This document shows, in pieces, positions 27,425-38,120 of a DNA stretch of 64,000 nt. Position 1 is the stretch's first letter. Each line of letters opens with the position of its first letter. This stretch comes from Methylotenera sp. (lineage in GTDB: Bacteria > Pseudomonadota > Gammaproteobacteria > Burkholderiales > Methylophilaceae): NCBI GenBank assembly GCA_031381645.1, contig JANMYB010000044.1, forward strand, positions 8,842 to 72,841. Reading direction: 5' to 3'. Made by a program: the position numbers and the translations under genes. The notes below the pieces were generated by a model, which saw only the letters and a program-made list of their open reading frames with translations, was not told where the DNA came from and did no database searches.

Positions 27425-28656
27425 AACTACCCAGCCTGAACGTTCAAATTTTATTAGGTGCGATTTTTGGCGTTGCAATTGGTTTGTATTTTCACTCTTT
27501 AGGTGCAGAAAATAGTGTTGCCAAAGGCAGCTTATATGCGTCCAGCCTAATAGGCACAATGTTCATCGACCTGCTCAAAATGATTTTAATTCCGCTGGTG
27601 TTTTGCAGCATTGCGGTGGGCATTGCCAATTTGCGGCAACATCAACAAATGCATCGCGTTTGGAAAACCACACTCATCTTTTTTATGTTCACCATGGCGA
27701 TTGCAATCACTTTGGGCATGGCCGCCAGTTTATATTTTAAGCCAGGCGCAGGCATGCAAATTTCTATGTTTGTCGATGCCATGGGCAACTTTAAAATGCA
27801 AGAATTAACGCTGTCAGAATTTTCTAGCCAATTTTTGCATGGCTTGTTTATCAATCCATTCAAAGCTTTAGCCGAAGGCAATGTGCTAGCGGTGGTGATT
27901 TTTGCGCTTATTTTAGGTATCGCGTTGGTGATGGGTGGCGAGCGCTATAAAAATATTCTCGCGCTACTACAAGAAGGCCTAGAAATTACCATGCGCATTG
28001 TAGGCTGGGTGATGGTGCTGGCGCCATTCGGCATTGCCGCGCTACTCATTAAACTGGTCGCCACGCAAGATACCTCCATGCTAGGCACCATGGGCAAATT
28101 TATGGCGGTGGTGATTGGCACTACTTTGTTACATGGCGTGGTCATTTTGCCACTATTACTTTATTTAATTACAGGTAAAACGCCGATATGGTTTTGGCGC
28201 GGCGCGCGCGAGGCCTTGGTGACGGCGTTTGCGACTAGCTCCAGCAGCGCGACTTTGCCAGTCACCATGCGTTGCACCACGCAACATCTGCACGTTAAGC
28301 CAGAAATTGCGGGCTTTGTCGTGCCGCTTGGGGCTACGGTGAATATGGATGGAACTGCGCTCTACGAAGCCGCCGCCGCCTTATTTATTGCTAATTTGGT
28401 TGGCGTAGAGCTGAGTTTTGTGCAGCAACTCATTGTATTTTTTACTGCCATGATAGCCGCCATCGGCGCGCCAGGCATCCCAAGTGCGGGCATGGTCACC
28501 ATGGTGATGGTGTTGCAAAGCGTTGGTTTACCAGCGGAAGCGATTGCGATTTTACTACCGATTGATAGGCTGCTAGATACTTTGCGCACTACGGTGAATG
28601 TAGAAGGCGATATGATAGGCAGTTTGGTTGTGCAAAAGCTTGTTAGTAGCAAATAA
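27421..28656 (+). CDS. Dicarboxylate/amino acid:cation symporter (SDF family)
   Basis: SSSATLP and NMDGTALYE motifs. Confidence 0.85.
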   Translation: MKLPSLNVQILLGAIFGVAIGLYFHSLGAENSVAKGSLYASSLIGTMFIDLLKMILIPLVFCSIAVGIANLRQHQQMHRVWKTTLIFFMFTMAIAITLGMAASLYFKPGAGMQISMFVDAMGNFKMQELTLSEFSSQFLHGLFINPFKALAEGNVLAVVIFALILGIALVMGGERYKNILALLQEGLEITMRIVGWVMVLAPFGIAALLIKLVATQDTSMLGTMGKFMAVVIGTTLLHGVVILPLLLYLITGKTPIWFWRGAREALVTAFATSSSSATLPVTMRCTTQHLHVKPEIAGFVVPLGATVNMDGTALYEAAAALFIANLVGVELSFVQQLIVFFTAMIAAIGAPGIPSAGMVTMVMVLQSVGLPAEAIAILLPIDRLLDTLRTTVNVEGDMIGSLVVQKLVSSK

Positions 28657-28660
28657 TGTA

Positions 28661-28705
28661 TGCCCTGCAACCCTCATGGATATTAGCTTGCAGGGCATTT
28701 ATTTT
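28661..28705. repeat. Conserved hairpin element, copy B
   Basis: TGCCCTGCAACCCTCATGGATATTAGCTTGCAGGGCATTTATTTT. Perfect 11-bp stem ATGCCCTGCAA/TTGCAGGGCAT. Lies between convergent genes. Confidence 0.65.
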
Positions 28706-28725
28706 CAAATATTTTAGCTTGAAAT

Positions 28726-31700
28726 TTAACTATTAGTTTTAAATTTTCGGGCTTTAAATTTTTCTTGTGCACTCATTACTAACGAATACGCGGCTGGTAC
28801 AACGACTAAAGTCAGCAAGGTGGATGAAATCATGCCGCCGATAATCGCGACAGATAAGGGTTTATTAGTTTCAGAGCCAGCGCCTAAGCCAATCGCGGCG
28901 GGCAGTAGCGCCAAAATAATGGTGAGCGAAGTCATCAATACAGGGCGTAATCTGATTGGGCAGGCTTCTCTTAGAGCATCGTTAATACTCGCGCCTTTTT
29001 CACGCAGCTGATTAGTTAAATCGACTAGCAGAATTGAGTTTTTGGCGACCAAGCCAATGAGCAATATCAAGCCTATCATCGAGAAAATATTCAGCGTATT
29101 GCCAGTCATGAGTAGCGCGATAAGCCCGCCGATAATGGCGAGCGGCTGTGCCAGCATAATAATGAATGGTTGAATAAATGAGTTGAATTGGCTGGCTAGC
29201 ACCATATAAAGCAACACAAAAGCAAGTGAAAATACAAATTTCATATTTTTCATCGTTTTGCCTAGTTCCTCCGCTTGGCCAGTAAACTTTACTTTGTAAC
29301 TTGGCGGTACCAGCTTGGCGGTAGTTTCATTTACTAAATCTACCGCTTCGCCCAGTGGTACATTCGGATTTGCGTAAAAATTCACTGCATATTGTAAATC
29401 ATAGCGACCGATCACGGCGGCACCTAGCACGGGTTTAAAGCTGGCGACTGCGTCCAGCCGTATCAGTTCGCCACTACTACTGCGCAAGTAAATTTGTTTT
29501 AAATCAGTCGTGTGCTTAAGCGCGTTCTCGCTGGTTTTCAGGCGAATGTCATAGCGCTGGCCGTCGCTGATGTTGTCGTTGTATTTGGCCACATTGATGC
29601 CGCCCGCATACAGTGAAACCGCAGATGCGATGTCATTCGCAGTTAGGCCAAGATTCGCCGCGCGTACGCGGTCAATTTTGATGTCCAATTGTGGTAGATC
29701 TAGTTGCACATCCACGTCGACTTTACCAATTGCTGGCTCTGCACTTAGTGCGCGTTGTAGTTCTGCTGAAATACGGCCAATCTCCTGCAAATTAGCGCCA
29801 GTCAGGTTAAATTGCAATTTCTCGGAGCGTTGCCCACGAATAATCGATGTGGGCGACGGAATGGCGCGCACACCTGGGATATTTTCGAATTCTTTTTTAA
29901 GCTCTTTTGTGAGGGTTTGCTGGCTTTTATCGCGATCTTCTTTGGGTTTTAACCGCACATTAATATTACCTTGATTGACCTGTCCGCGAGAGCCAGAACC
30001 AATGCTGGAGTAGTAACTTGCCACTTCATCTTTGTGGCTGGCAAGTATCGCTTCCACCAATTTCATTCTCGAGTCGGTGTACTCCAAGCTTGAACCTAGG
30101 GGCGTTTTAATGCTGATGCTAAAGCTGCCTTCGTCTGTTTCTGGCACAAAGTCTTTATCAACATTTTTAAGCGTGTAATAGCCGCTCAAACCAACGAATA
30201 AGGCAGTGAACAGCAATACCAAGCCTCGATGTGTGAGTGATAAATTCAGTATTTTTTTGTATGTATTATCTAAGCTGGCTAAACCACTACCAAAAAATCG
30301 GTAAATTGCATTTTCTTTATGCGTCACACTTAAATAGCGTGAGCACAGCATGGGCGTAAGTGTGAGTGAAACAAACAGTGAAACCAACACACCAAATGTC
30401 ACTACCACGGCAAAAGATTTAAAAAACATGCCGATAACACCATCCATAAATATCACTGGAGCGAATATGCACACCAGCGAGAGTGACGATGCAAGCACTG
30501 CAAAAACCACTTCGCGGCTGCCAGCAATGGTGGTTTGGGTGCGATAAGCGGCAACTGCATTCTTGTCGTTCAAATTAAGATTTTTTAGCCCAACACCAAC
30601 TTCGCCAGACATGTGGCGTAAGATGCTCTCTCGTACCACAATCGCGTCATCCACTACCACGCCAATAAGTAGTAGCAAGGCCAGCAGCGTCATGCTGTTA
30701 AAGGTGTAGCCAGAAAAATACATCACCGCAATGGCACCTAACAGCGAGACGGGAATCTCTAAGCAGATCATTAATGTTGAGCTAAAAGAGCGCATAAAAA
30801 TGAGCACAATTAGCGCGGCAAATAGCGTGCCTTCTACCAAATGCTCTTTAAGGCCGGCGACCATTTGATTGATAAAGGTTGAGTCATTGGTGGAAATTTC
30901 TAGCGTCATGCCCGCTGGCAGGTTGGGGCGCACTTCGGTTTCTAATTTGTGTAATACTTCATTGATAATTTCTACCGTGTTGGCATTGGCAATTTTTACC
31001 ATGCCGATGCCTACTGTGGGTTTGCCATTGTAGCGTGCCACTTGACGATTATCTGTGATGCCATCTTCAATGGTCGCGACGTCTTTTAAATAGATAGGTG
31101 CGCCAGCTCTTGATACCACAACTAAATTGGCGAGTTCTTTTACATTATGAAATTCGAGATCCAGCTTGAGCAGTTGTTCGGCTTGTTGGCTGACTAAAAA
31201 TCCACCTGGCAATTGCACGTGCTCGCGGTCGAATGCTGTGATTAAATCGTTGGCCGTGAGTTTGTAAGCCGCCATGCGTTCTGGATTGACGTTCACTCGA
31301 ATCACGCGATCACGCCGCCCGCCCAATTGCACTTCACCCACGCCTTGAATCGTTTCAAACTTTTTCTTGAGTATATTATTGGCGTATAAGTTGAGTTGCT
31401 GGATGGTGCGATCGCCGCTTAAAGCCAACCAAATCACAGGTGAGGCATTGGTATCTACTTTTTGAATCGTGGGTGGATCAGTATCGGTTGGCAAACGCCG
31501 CAATACTTGGTTTACCTTAGCTTGCACTTCGTTATAAGCCACATCGATATCCTTGCCCAGCGCAAACGTAATCGTTACGCTAGAAACACCAGGCGACGAG
31601 GCGGATTGAATATGATCGATACCAGCTGTGGTGTTAATGGCGGATTCGATAACGCTGGTGATGGAGGCGTCGACCACATCAGGGTCGGCGCCGCGCAAAG

Positions 31701-31848
31701 TGGTGGTGACCATAATCACCGGGAAGTCAATGGACGGAATGCGATCTACGCCGATGCGCTGGTAGGCAATGAGGCCAAATAAGATAATAATGCCAGACAG
31801 CATCCAAGCGAGAACGTGACGCTTAATTGATAGTTCAGGGAGTGACAT
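28726..31848 (-). CDS. RND efflux transporter permease (AcrB family)
   Basis: 1040 aa with 12-TM RND architecture and a typical N-terminus. Confidence 0.92.
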   Translation of the reverse strand: MSLPELSIKRHVLAWMLSGIIILFGLIAYQRIGVDRIPSIDFPVIMVTTTLRGADPDVVDASITSVIESAINTTAGIDHIQSASSPGVSSVTITFALGKDIDVAYNEVQAKVNQVLRRLPTDTDPPTIQKVDTNASPVIWLALSGDRTIQQLNLYANNILKKKFETIQGVGEVQLGGRRDRVIRVNVNPERMAAYKLTANDLITAFDREHVQLPGGFLVSQQAEQLLKLDLEFHNVKELANLVVVSRAGAPIYLKDVATIEDGITDNRQVARYNGKPTVGIGMVKIANANTVEIINEVLHKLETEVRPNLPAGMTLEISTNDSTFINQMVAGLKEHLVEGTLFAALIVLIFMRSFSSTLMICLEIPVSLLGAIAVMYFSGYTFNSMTLLALLLLIGVVVDDAIVVRESILRHMSGEVGVGLKNLNLNDKNAVAAYRTQTTIAGSREVVFAVLASSLSLVCIFAPVIFMDGVIGMFFKSFAVVVTFGVLVSLFVSLTLTPMLCSRYLSVTHKENAIYRFFGSGLASLDNTYKKILNLSLTHRGLVLLFTALFVGLSGYYTLKNVDKDFVPETDEGSFSISIKTPLGSSLEYTDSRMKLVEAILASHKDEVASYYSSIGSGSRGQVNQGNINVRLKPKEDRDKSQQTLTKELKKEFENIPGVRAIPSPTSIIRGQRSEKLQFNLTGANLQEIGRISAELQRALSAEPAIGKVDVDVQLDLPQLDIKIDRVRAANLGLTANDIASAVSLYAGGINVAKYNDNISDGQRYDIRLKTSENALKHTTDLKQIYLRSSSGELIRLDAVASFKPVLGAAVIGRYDLQYAVNFYANPNVPLGEAVDLVNETTAKLVPPSYKVKFTGQAEELGKTMKNMKFVFSLAFVLLYMVLASQFNSFIQPFIIMLAQPLAIIGGLIALLMTGNTLNIFSMIGLILLIGLVAKNSILLVDLTNQLREKGASINDALREACPIRLRPVLMTSLTIILALLPAAIGLGAGSETNKPLSVAIIGGMISSTLLTLVVVPAAYSLVMSAQEKFKARKFKTNS

Positions 31849-32939
31849 TATTTGGCCTGCTGAATGCTAACAGGCGCTTTATCCGTTAAGAAGCCCGCGC
31901 CATCCACAACAATCGTGTCGTTTGGCTGCAATCCTTCTATCAGCTCAATTAAACCATTTTGACGCACGCCAGTTTTTACTATAGCTTGATATGCCACGTT
32001 GTCGCGTACCACGTACACCACTTCGCCTGCGGGGCGTAGCACTAAACTTTGTTCGGGAATCATCAAGGCGGCAGCTTGTTCGCCCAAAATGACGGTGCCC
32101 GCTACGCTGGCACCAGGTTGCCAGCCAGACGCATCAATCACATCAGCAATGACGTCAATAGTACGGCTGCCTTCTGTTACCATGGGTTTCAGTTCGTGAA
32201 TCACCGATTCCACCGTTTTATTGCTTGTTGGAGTGCTTAGGCGTACTTTTAGCCCAGGTTTAAGCTGGGCGCTAATCTGTTCGGGGAAAGGCAAATGTGC
32301 GCGCAATTTTTGTTTAGAAACAATTTGTACAATGGGGTCGCCTACACGCACAAATTCGCCAACACTCACCAGTCTTTTCTCAATAATGCCGCCCACAGGC
32401 GCAATAACTCGGGTTTTGCTGCTATCATGATTAATGCTACCCACACGTGCTCTGGCACCTTCTAATTGTTGTTTCAGCACATTTTGCTGCGCAACATCGT
32501 TATCCACCGCGTTTTGCGAGATAAATTTTTTATCGACCAAAGCTTGATTGCGTGCAACTGTTTTAGCTTGATTTTCAATTAAAGCCTGAATGCGTGCCAC
32601 TTCTGCTTGCGCTTCTCTGCGCTGCATACCGAAATCTGATGCATCTAAGGTGGCAATTAGCTGACCTTCTTTTACATGCATTCCAGCAGTCACATGCATT
32701 TTAACAATGCGTCCCGCCACCTCTGCTGCTACTGTTGGTATGATCAGGCCTTCAAGTGAGCCAATAGTCTCTTCAGTCGTTTCGATGGCTTGATTTTTAA
32801 TTTGCGTGACGGTGACTAATGTTGGTTTTTGGCCTTTTTTCTCGCCATCTTTTTCTGCGAATTTGTCACTAGATGCTCCGCAAGCCGCGAGTAGAAAGGT
32901 AAGCAGGCCAATGAGTAAATTAGAAGAGATTTTTTGCAT
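31848..32939 (-). CDS. RND efflux periplasmic adaptor (MFP)
   Basis: Lipobox LAAC and biotinyl-lipoyl/coiled-coil hairpin pattern. 1-nt overlap with the permease gene. Confidence 0.88.
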   Translation of the reverse strand: MQKISSNLLIGLLTFLLAACGASSDKFAEKDGEKKGQKPTLVTVTQIKNQAIETTEETIGSLEGLIIPTVAAEVAGRIVKMHVTAGMHVKEGQLIATLDASDFGMQRREAQAEVARIQALIENQAKTVARNQALVDKKFISQNAVDNDVAQQNVLKQQLEGARARVGSINHDSSKTRVIAPVGGIIEKRLVSVGEFVRVGDPIVQIVSKQKLRAHLPFPEQISAQLKPGLKVRLSTPTSNKTVESVIHELKPMVTEGSRTIDVIADVIDASGWQPGASVAGTVILGEQAAALMIPEQSLVLRPAGEVVYVVRDNVAYQAIVKTGVRQNGLIELIEGLQPNDTIVVDGAGFLTDKAPVSIQQAK

Positions 32940-32969
32940 GTTTAACTTTTTCTATTTTTAAATAGCGAT

Positions 32970-33521
32970 TTAAATTTTGGCCCACTCAAAATATGGGCCA
33001 GGATCTGTTTTACGGCCTGGCGCAATATCTGAATGCCCTACAATATGTTGAATTGGATAAGCTTTCCGTAAACTATTGAGCAGTGACTTTAACGTTTGAT
33101 ATTGCGCTGCCTCAAACGCTTCAAAGTCACTACCTTCCAGCTCTATTCCGACTGAAAAATCGTTACAACGTTCACGATTTTGCCATTGTGACACGCCCGC
33201 ATGCCAAGCGCGCTGTAGGCAAGACACAAATTGCATCAGCTCACCATCGCGACGAATGAAAAAGTGCGAGGAAACTTTGCGCGTGTGAATCTCCGCATAA
33301 TAAGGATGTTCGTTGGGATTCAGCTGATTAGTAAATAATTGCACTACGCCAGAACCCTTATAAATATTGGGAGGCAGGCTGATGTTGTGAATAACAATTA
33401 ATTCAATTCTAGTGTTTTCAGGTCTTGCATCAAAGTTTGGTGAAGCAATTTGCTTGGCGGATTCGATATAGCCAGCAGCATTTAATTTTAATGGCTGAAT
33501 TTTTAATTTTGGATTTGCCAT
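32970..33521 (-). CDS. ampD: 1,6-anhydro-N-acetylmuramyl-L-alanine amidase
   Basis: Amidase_2 motifs: IVIHNISLPP, AWHAG, GHSDIAPGRKTDPG. Confidence 0.88.
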   Translation of the reverse strand: MANPKLKIQPLKLNAAGYIESAKQIASPNFDARPENTRIELIVIHNISLPPNIYKGSGVVQLFTNQLNPNEHPYYAEIHTRKVSSHFFIRRDGELMQFVSCLQRAWHAGVSQWQNRERCNDFSVGIELEGSDFEAFEAAQYQTLKSLLNSLRKAYPIQHIVGHSDIAPGRKTDPGPYFEWAKI

Positions 33522-33584
33522 GCAAGTGATGATGTTATCGGCTAAAATTGACCTTATTGAAGTAGTTTATTGTAAAGGTAAAAA

Positions 33585-34586
33585 ATGGTTTTTGCGCAGC
33601 TTTTGGTGATGTTGGTGGTTATTTTAATTGCAGCGGAGGTGTTTACCAATGCGTTGGAGCATTTAGGCGAGAAACTCGGCATTTCAGAAGGCGTGACTGG
33701 ATCTTTATTTGCCGCCGTGGGTACAGCCCTGCCAGAAACTATGGTGCCATTATTGGCATTGTTAGCGGGCACACAAAACGTCGCGACCAATGAAGAAATC
33801 GGTGTAGGGTCTATTTTAGGTGCGCCGCTCATGCTGGCCACACTTTCTATTTGCCTCATGGCCATATCTGTATGGAAGCGTCGCGGCACTCAAGGACATT
33901 TACGCCCAGAACGTACAGGTTTGGTGCGAGACTTGAATTTTTTTCTAATCGCTTTTACGTTCGCTGCCGTCGCTATGTATGTGCCGCATACATTAACAGC
34001 GGTGCGTTATGCTATAGCTGCTTGCATGGTGATGATTTATTTTGTGTACGTGATGATGACATTGCGTGCATCAAAAGCGTTGGTCGATGACGGTCATGCG
34101 ACTGAGGCCGGTAGCGATATGTTTTTATGCAAACTAGGTTTGCCAAATAATATGATAGTGATTGTGATTCAGTTAGTACTTGGGTTGATTTTGCTAGTAG
34201 CCGGCGCAAAAGGCTTTATTCATGGCGTTGAGGCAGCAGCTCAGATTATTGGTATTTCCGCCTTGTTGTTATCTTTGTTAATTATCCCAATTGCCACTGA
34301 GTTACCCGAAAAAGTGAACAGTATTTTGTGGATACGTAAAGGTAAGGATACGTTGGCATTTGGCAACATTACAGGTGCGATGGTGTTTCAAGGTACGTTG
34401 CTGCCAGCGATTGGTATTATGCTCACCCCATGGGAGCCGCGTAAAGAGGTGGTTTGGGGTATTGCCATTACCTTAATTGCCGCAATGTGGTTACGTTATT
34501 TAATTGCCAAGGGCGGCATTCGGGTGTGGCATATGTTGGTGAATGGCCTTTTATACGTGACATATTTGGCGATAGTTTTATTGTAA
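33585..34586 (+). CDS. Ca2+:cation antiporter (CaCA/YrbG-like)
   Basis: Two alpha-repeat regions (GTALPE / ATELPE) within 10 TM helices. Confidence 0.8.
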   Translation: MVFAQLLVMLVVILIAAEVFTNALEHLGEKLGISEGVTGSLFAAVGTALPETMVPLLALLAGTQNVATNEEIGVGSILGAPLMLATLSICLMAISVWKRRGTQGHLRPERTGLVRDLNFFLIAFTFAAVAMYVPHTLTAVRYAIAACMVMIYFVYVMMTLRASKALVDDGHATEAGSDMFLCKLGLPNNMIVIVIQLVLGLILLVAGAKGFIHGVEAAAQIIGISALLLSLLIIPIATELPEKVNSILWIRKGKDTLAFGNITGAMVFQGTLLPAIGIMLTPWEPRKEVVWGIAITLIAAMWLRYLIAKGGIRVWHMLVNGLLYVTYLAIVLL

Positions 34587-34613
34587 TTATTATTAATGTA
34601 CTTAATTTAAATA

Positions 34614-34660
34614 TGCCCTGAAAACCTTGTGGATATTGACTTTCATGGCATGTTGATTTA
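34614..34660. repeat. Conserved hairpin element, copy C (diverged)
   Basis: TGCCCTGAAAACCTTGTGGATATTGACTTTCATGGCATGTTGATTTA. Stem changes relative to copy B are compensatory (C:G becomes A:T). Confidence 0.55.
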
Positions 34661-34661
34661 A

Positions 34662-36074
34662 TTAATTTTCACTTTCAACTTCTTCGTCCGACTCACCCTC
34701 GCCGTCTTTAGACAAGCCCAATTTAACGAGCCTGTATCTTAAGGTTCTAAAGCTGACGCCTAACAATTTTGCTGCCGCAGTTTTGTTGTTATTGGCTTTT
34801 TCTAAAGCTTTCAAAATTGCGCGCTTTTCGATTTCTTCCAAGTATTCTGGCAAGCCTATTTCTAAAGTTTTACTAGGGTTAAAGTTAGTTTCTTCACCCT
34901 CGTTTTTGCTTTTATGTTCGCTAGCCATCACTTCTTCACCCATAAATAAATCATTGGTGCTGATTTTTTTGCCATCACATAAGGCCAGCGCACGTTCGAG
35001 CATGTTTTCCAGTTCGCGTACATTACCAGCAAAATGCAGCTCAGAAATAAGTTTATTGGCACTATCTTCTAGCACTGGCACTTCAATAGATTGTGACTGA
35101 CAAAGTTTTTGTAACAATTTTTGCGTTAGCTCAGGAATATCTTCAGGCCGATCACGCAGCGCTGGCATTTTGAGTTGAATCACATTCAGGCGGTAATATA
35201 AATCTTGCCTAAATAATCCTTGCGCCATTAAAGTGCTCAGGTTTTTGTGCGTTGCGCTAATAATGCGTGCATCTACGGCTTCTTCGGCAGTGCCGCCCAC
35301 TGTACGCACTTTTTTCTCCTGAATCGCACGCAATAATTTTACCTGCATGGCAAGTGGTAAATCAGCCACTTCGTCCAAAAATAAAGTACCGCCATTGGCT
35401 GCTTGAAATAGGCCGATGGTATCTTGAGATGCGCCCGTAAACGCACCTTTTTTGTAGCCAAAAAACTCACTTTCCATTAAATTTTCAGGTATCGCGCCAC
35501 AGTTGACTGCGATAAAGGCTTTATCGCAGCGTGAGCTATTGCTGTGAATCAGTCGCGCTGCAAGTTCTTTACCGCTACCCGATTCACCGCTGATATAAAC
35601 AGGTGCTTGGCTACGCGCCAGTTTTTCTATCATGGTGCGTACGTAATCTATGGCTGGAGAGTTGCCGATTAAGTCCGCCGTATTTTGTGTTTCCTTGATA
35701 TCTGTGCTGGAGAGTTTAAGCGCGGATTCCACCAACGGCCGTAGTTGTTTGAGTGAAATGGGTTTGGTTAAATAATCAAACGCGCCAGCTTTTAATGCAG
35801 AAACTGCGTTTTCGGCGCTACCATAGGCAGTAATGACCGCTACGGGTAAATCGGTATAATTAGCAGAGATATGCGCTACTAAATCTAAGCCTAAGCCATC
35901 GGGCAAACGCATATCGGTTAGGCACAAATTGTAGTTTCTTTGCGCCAACATTTCTTTGGCTTCTTCTACGTTGCTGGCGCTATCTGCTCTAATATCCATA
36001 CGTTCCAGCGTCAATACCACTAATTCGCGAATATCGGTTTCATCATCCACCACCAAGCAATTAAAATGCGCCAT
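34662..36074 (-). CDS. pilR: Sigma-54-dependent response regulator (PilR/NtrC family)
   Basis: REC domain, AAA+ domain with the GAFTGA motif (KKGAFTGA), and a C-terminal Fis-type HTH. Confidence 0.8.
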   Translation of the reverse strand: MAHFNCLVVDDETDIRELVVLTLERMDIRADSASNVEEAKEMLAQRNYNLCLTDMRLPDGLGLDLVAHISANYTDLPVAVITAYGSAENAVSALKAGAFDYLTKPISLKQLRPLVESALKLSSTDIKETQNTADLIGNSPAIDYVRTMIEKLARSQAPVYISGESGSGKELAARLIHSNSSRCDKAFIAVNCGAIPENLMESEFFGYKKGAFTGASQDTIGLFQAANGGTLFLDEVADLPLAMQVKLLRAIQEKKVRTVGGTAEEAVDARIISATHKNLSTLMAQGLFRQDLYYRLNVIQLKMPALRDRPEDIPELTQKLLQKLCQSQSIEVPVLEDSANKLISELHFAGNVRELENMLERALALCDGKKISTNDLFMGEEVMASEHKSKNEGEETNFNPSKTLEIGLPEYLEEIEKRAILKALEKANNNKTAAAKLLGVSFRTLRYRLVKLGLSKDGEGESDEEVESEN

Positions 36075-36080
36075 TAAAAT

Positions 36081-37742
36081 TTAAGCCTTTTTGACGTGCA
36101 TGATAAATTGTGAGCCTGATTCTTGGTTTAGGGTTTTATAAAGCAATTTTGCGCCGTTGGCATCGGCCAGCTCGCGCGCGATGTATAGACCAAGCCCAGT
36201 ACCAGATTTTTCGGTAGTAAAAAATGGTTCAAATAAATTACTACGCACACTTTCAGGAACGCCTTCGCCATCATCGTTAATTTCGATATGTACATTTTTT
36301 GTGTTTCCAGTCGGAGCAATTGCTAATTCTAGGCTATTTTCTAATTTTTTACAGTGACGCCAACCATTTTTACACAGATTCCATAGAATTTGATTCAAAT
36401 GCCTACGATCAAATGAAATGTGAGTATCGGAGTTGATCAGTGTGAGTTTAAAACCAGTTTCGGGGATTTTTTCCACAGCACAAAATTGTGTATAAAAATC
36501 CTGCATGAAATTCTCTAAATGTAACACTTCTTGATTGGTGCGATCACGCCGATTCAGCTCTAATACATCTTTAATAATTTGATCCACCCGCTGTACATTA
36601 TCACTAATAATTTGTAGCATGCGCTTGGTGCTTGGGTCGGTGTCGTCTTCTTGCAAAAGTTGATTTGCGTGGCTAATAGCGCTAAGTGGGTTGCGAATTT
36701 CATGTGCAATATTGGCAGTTAAACGGCCTAGTGCCGCCAGCTTTACCTGATGTGCTTGTGTTTGCATTTGTGACCAATCTGAAATGAAAATTACCGAGCC
36801 TTGTTTGCGATTATTAGGTGACCTATCTTCTGAAATGGGCAAAAAACGAAGCCTGAGTTCGCGTGATAATGCAGTTAATTTTAAAAAGTTTGCCGCTGCA
36901 CTATTGGTGGACACAAACCCATGTGCGGGCTCTGTTTCCTCTTGCCAAAGCCGCATCAAGTTAGCGACTTCAGGGGAAATTTCGGTAAGGGATTTTCCTT
37001 GCCAGTTGGCGGATTCACTGTAATTATCCCCTAGACCGAGCAGTTTTTCTGCTTGCAAGTTGTAGTGTTTGATTCGAAAGTCTTGGTCTACCACCAGCAC
37101 GCCATCTTGCATTTCTTGGGTAATCAGCGCATTAATCTGCGCTAGATTTTGTACATCTAAGCCACGTTGCGAGGCTAATAACTCACTTTCTTTTGCACGT
37201 TTGGCCAAGCTGTAAGCGAGCCAAGCCGTGGCGAAACAACCCAAGCATAATAGTACGGCAGGCGTGTAACTGCTGGCAGAGGTATCGAATTTTAGCATGC
37301 GATAGGATTGTTCGAGCAGTATTCCGATACTTGCAATAGCTGCATAGAATAAGGCTAAGCGGCCTTCGCTAATTAAACTGGCGCTAGCGATGGCAATAAT
37401 TAAAAGCAAGCCAATACTACTCTGGCTGCCATCTTGTGCGTGCATCATTAGCACAATAAATACGATATCTAAGAGTATTTGAATCGGCAAGTTGATGTTG
37501 ATAATGGGTTTTTCAACCCAGGTAAAAGTGGCCGAAATAACACTAAACACAAAATAGCCGAGCGCTAATGCCGAAAAGAGATCTGTACTTGCGTTTTGCA
37601 ACCAAGCTTCAGTATTTAACATGTCTTGTATTACCAAAAGTAGTAGCGCAACGACCAATCGGTAAACGTTATAAAGCTTAAGACTTCGCCAGCGCGTGGC
37701 GCTTAAGTTAGCGTCAGAGGTAGCGGTTAAATCAATCAGCAT
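36081..37742 (-). CDS. pilS: Membrane sensor histidine kinase (PilS-like)
   Basis: Six N-terminal TM helices, PAS-like region, H-box AHEIRNPL, and HATPase motifs. Confidence 0.75.
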   Translation of the reverse strand: MLIDLTATSDANLSATRWRSLKLYNVYRLVVALLLLVIQDMLNTEAWLQNASTDLFSALALGYFVFSVISATFTWVEKPIININLPIQILLDIVFIVLMMHAQDGSQSSIGLLLIIAIASASLISEGRLALFYAAIASIGILLEQSYRMLKFDTSASSYTPAVLLCLGCFATAWLAYSLAKRAKESELLASQRGLDVQNLAQINALITQEMQDGVLVVDQDFRIKHYNLQAEKLLGLGDNYSESANWQGKSLTEISPEVANLMRLWQEETEPAHGFVSTNSAAANFLKLTALSRELRLRFLPISEDRSPNNRKQGSVIFISDWSQMQTQAHQVKLAALGRLTANIAHEIRNPLSAISHANQLLQEDDTDPSTKRMLQIISDNVQRVDQIIKDVLELNRRDRTNQEVLHLENFMQDFYTQFCAVEKIPETGFKLTLINSDTHISFDRRHLNQILWNLCKNGWRHCKKLENSLELAIAPTGNTKNVHIEINDDGEGVPESVRSNLFEPFFTTEKSGTGLGLYIARELADANGAKLLYKTLNQESGSQFIMHVKKA

Positions 37743-37743
37743 G

Positions 37744-37968
37744 CTATTTTTTCGAGCTTTCGTTTTTAATACACTCAGGATTGTTACAAATGATTTTGCT
37801 ATCGATCATTTGACTTTCACTTGCTGGCACATGGCAGCCGCAGTGTGCGCATTGCACAAAGTTTTCTTCTGATTTAGAAGTGTTTTCAGACTTGGTGGTT
37901 GCAATTAATCGCTTAGCAATTTGGTACAAAATCCAAACTAAAATAATCAGTATTAGAATGCGAGTCAT
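37744..37968 (-). CDS. Small membrane-anchored Cys-rich protein (PP0621-like)
   Basis: One TM helix followed by a CAHCGCH...CNNPEC zinc-ribbon-like motif. Directly upstream of the kinase gene. Confidence 0.55.
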   Translation of the reverse strand: MTRILILIILVWILYQIAKRLIATTKSENTSKSEENFVQCAHCGCHVPASESQMIDSKIICNNPECIKNESSKK

Positions 37969-38120
37969 AAGTGTTTATCAATTCCAAATTGAACCAAGTA
38001 TAGGGATTGTAACCAAAAGCAGGACGATTACAAACTGCCTAGGAATGAAGCTTAAAACTGCTATACTTAGTGCTAGTAATTTAATAACACTCTTGCATTA
38101 CCAATTAAATAAGTACATAC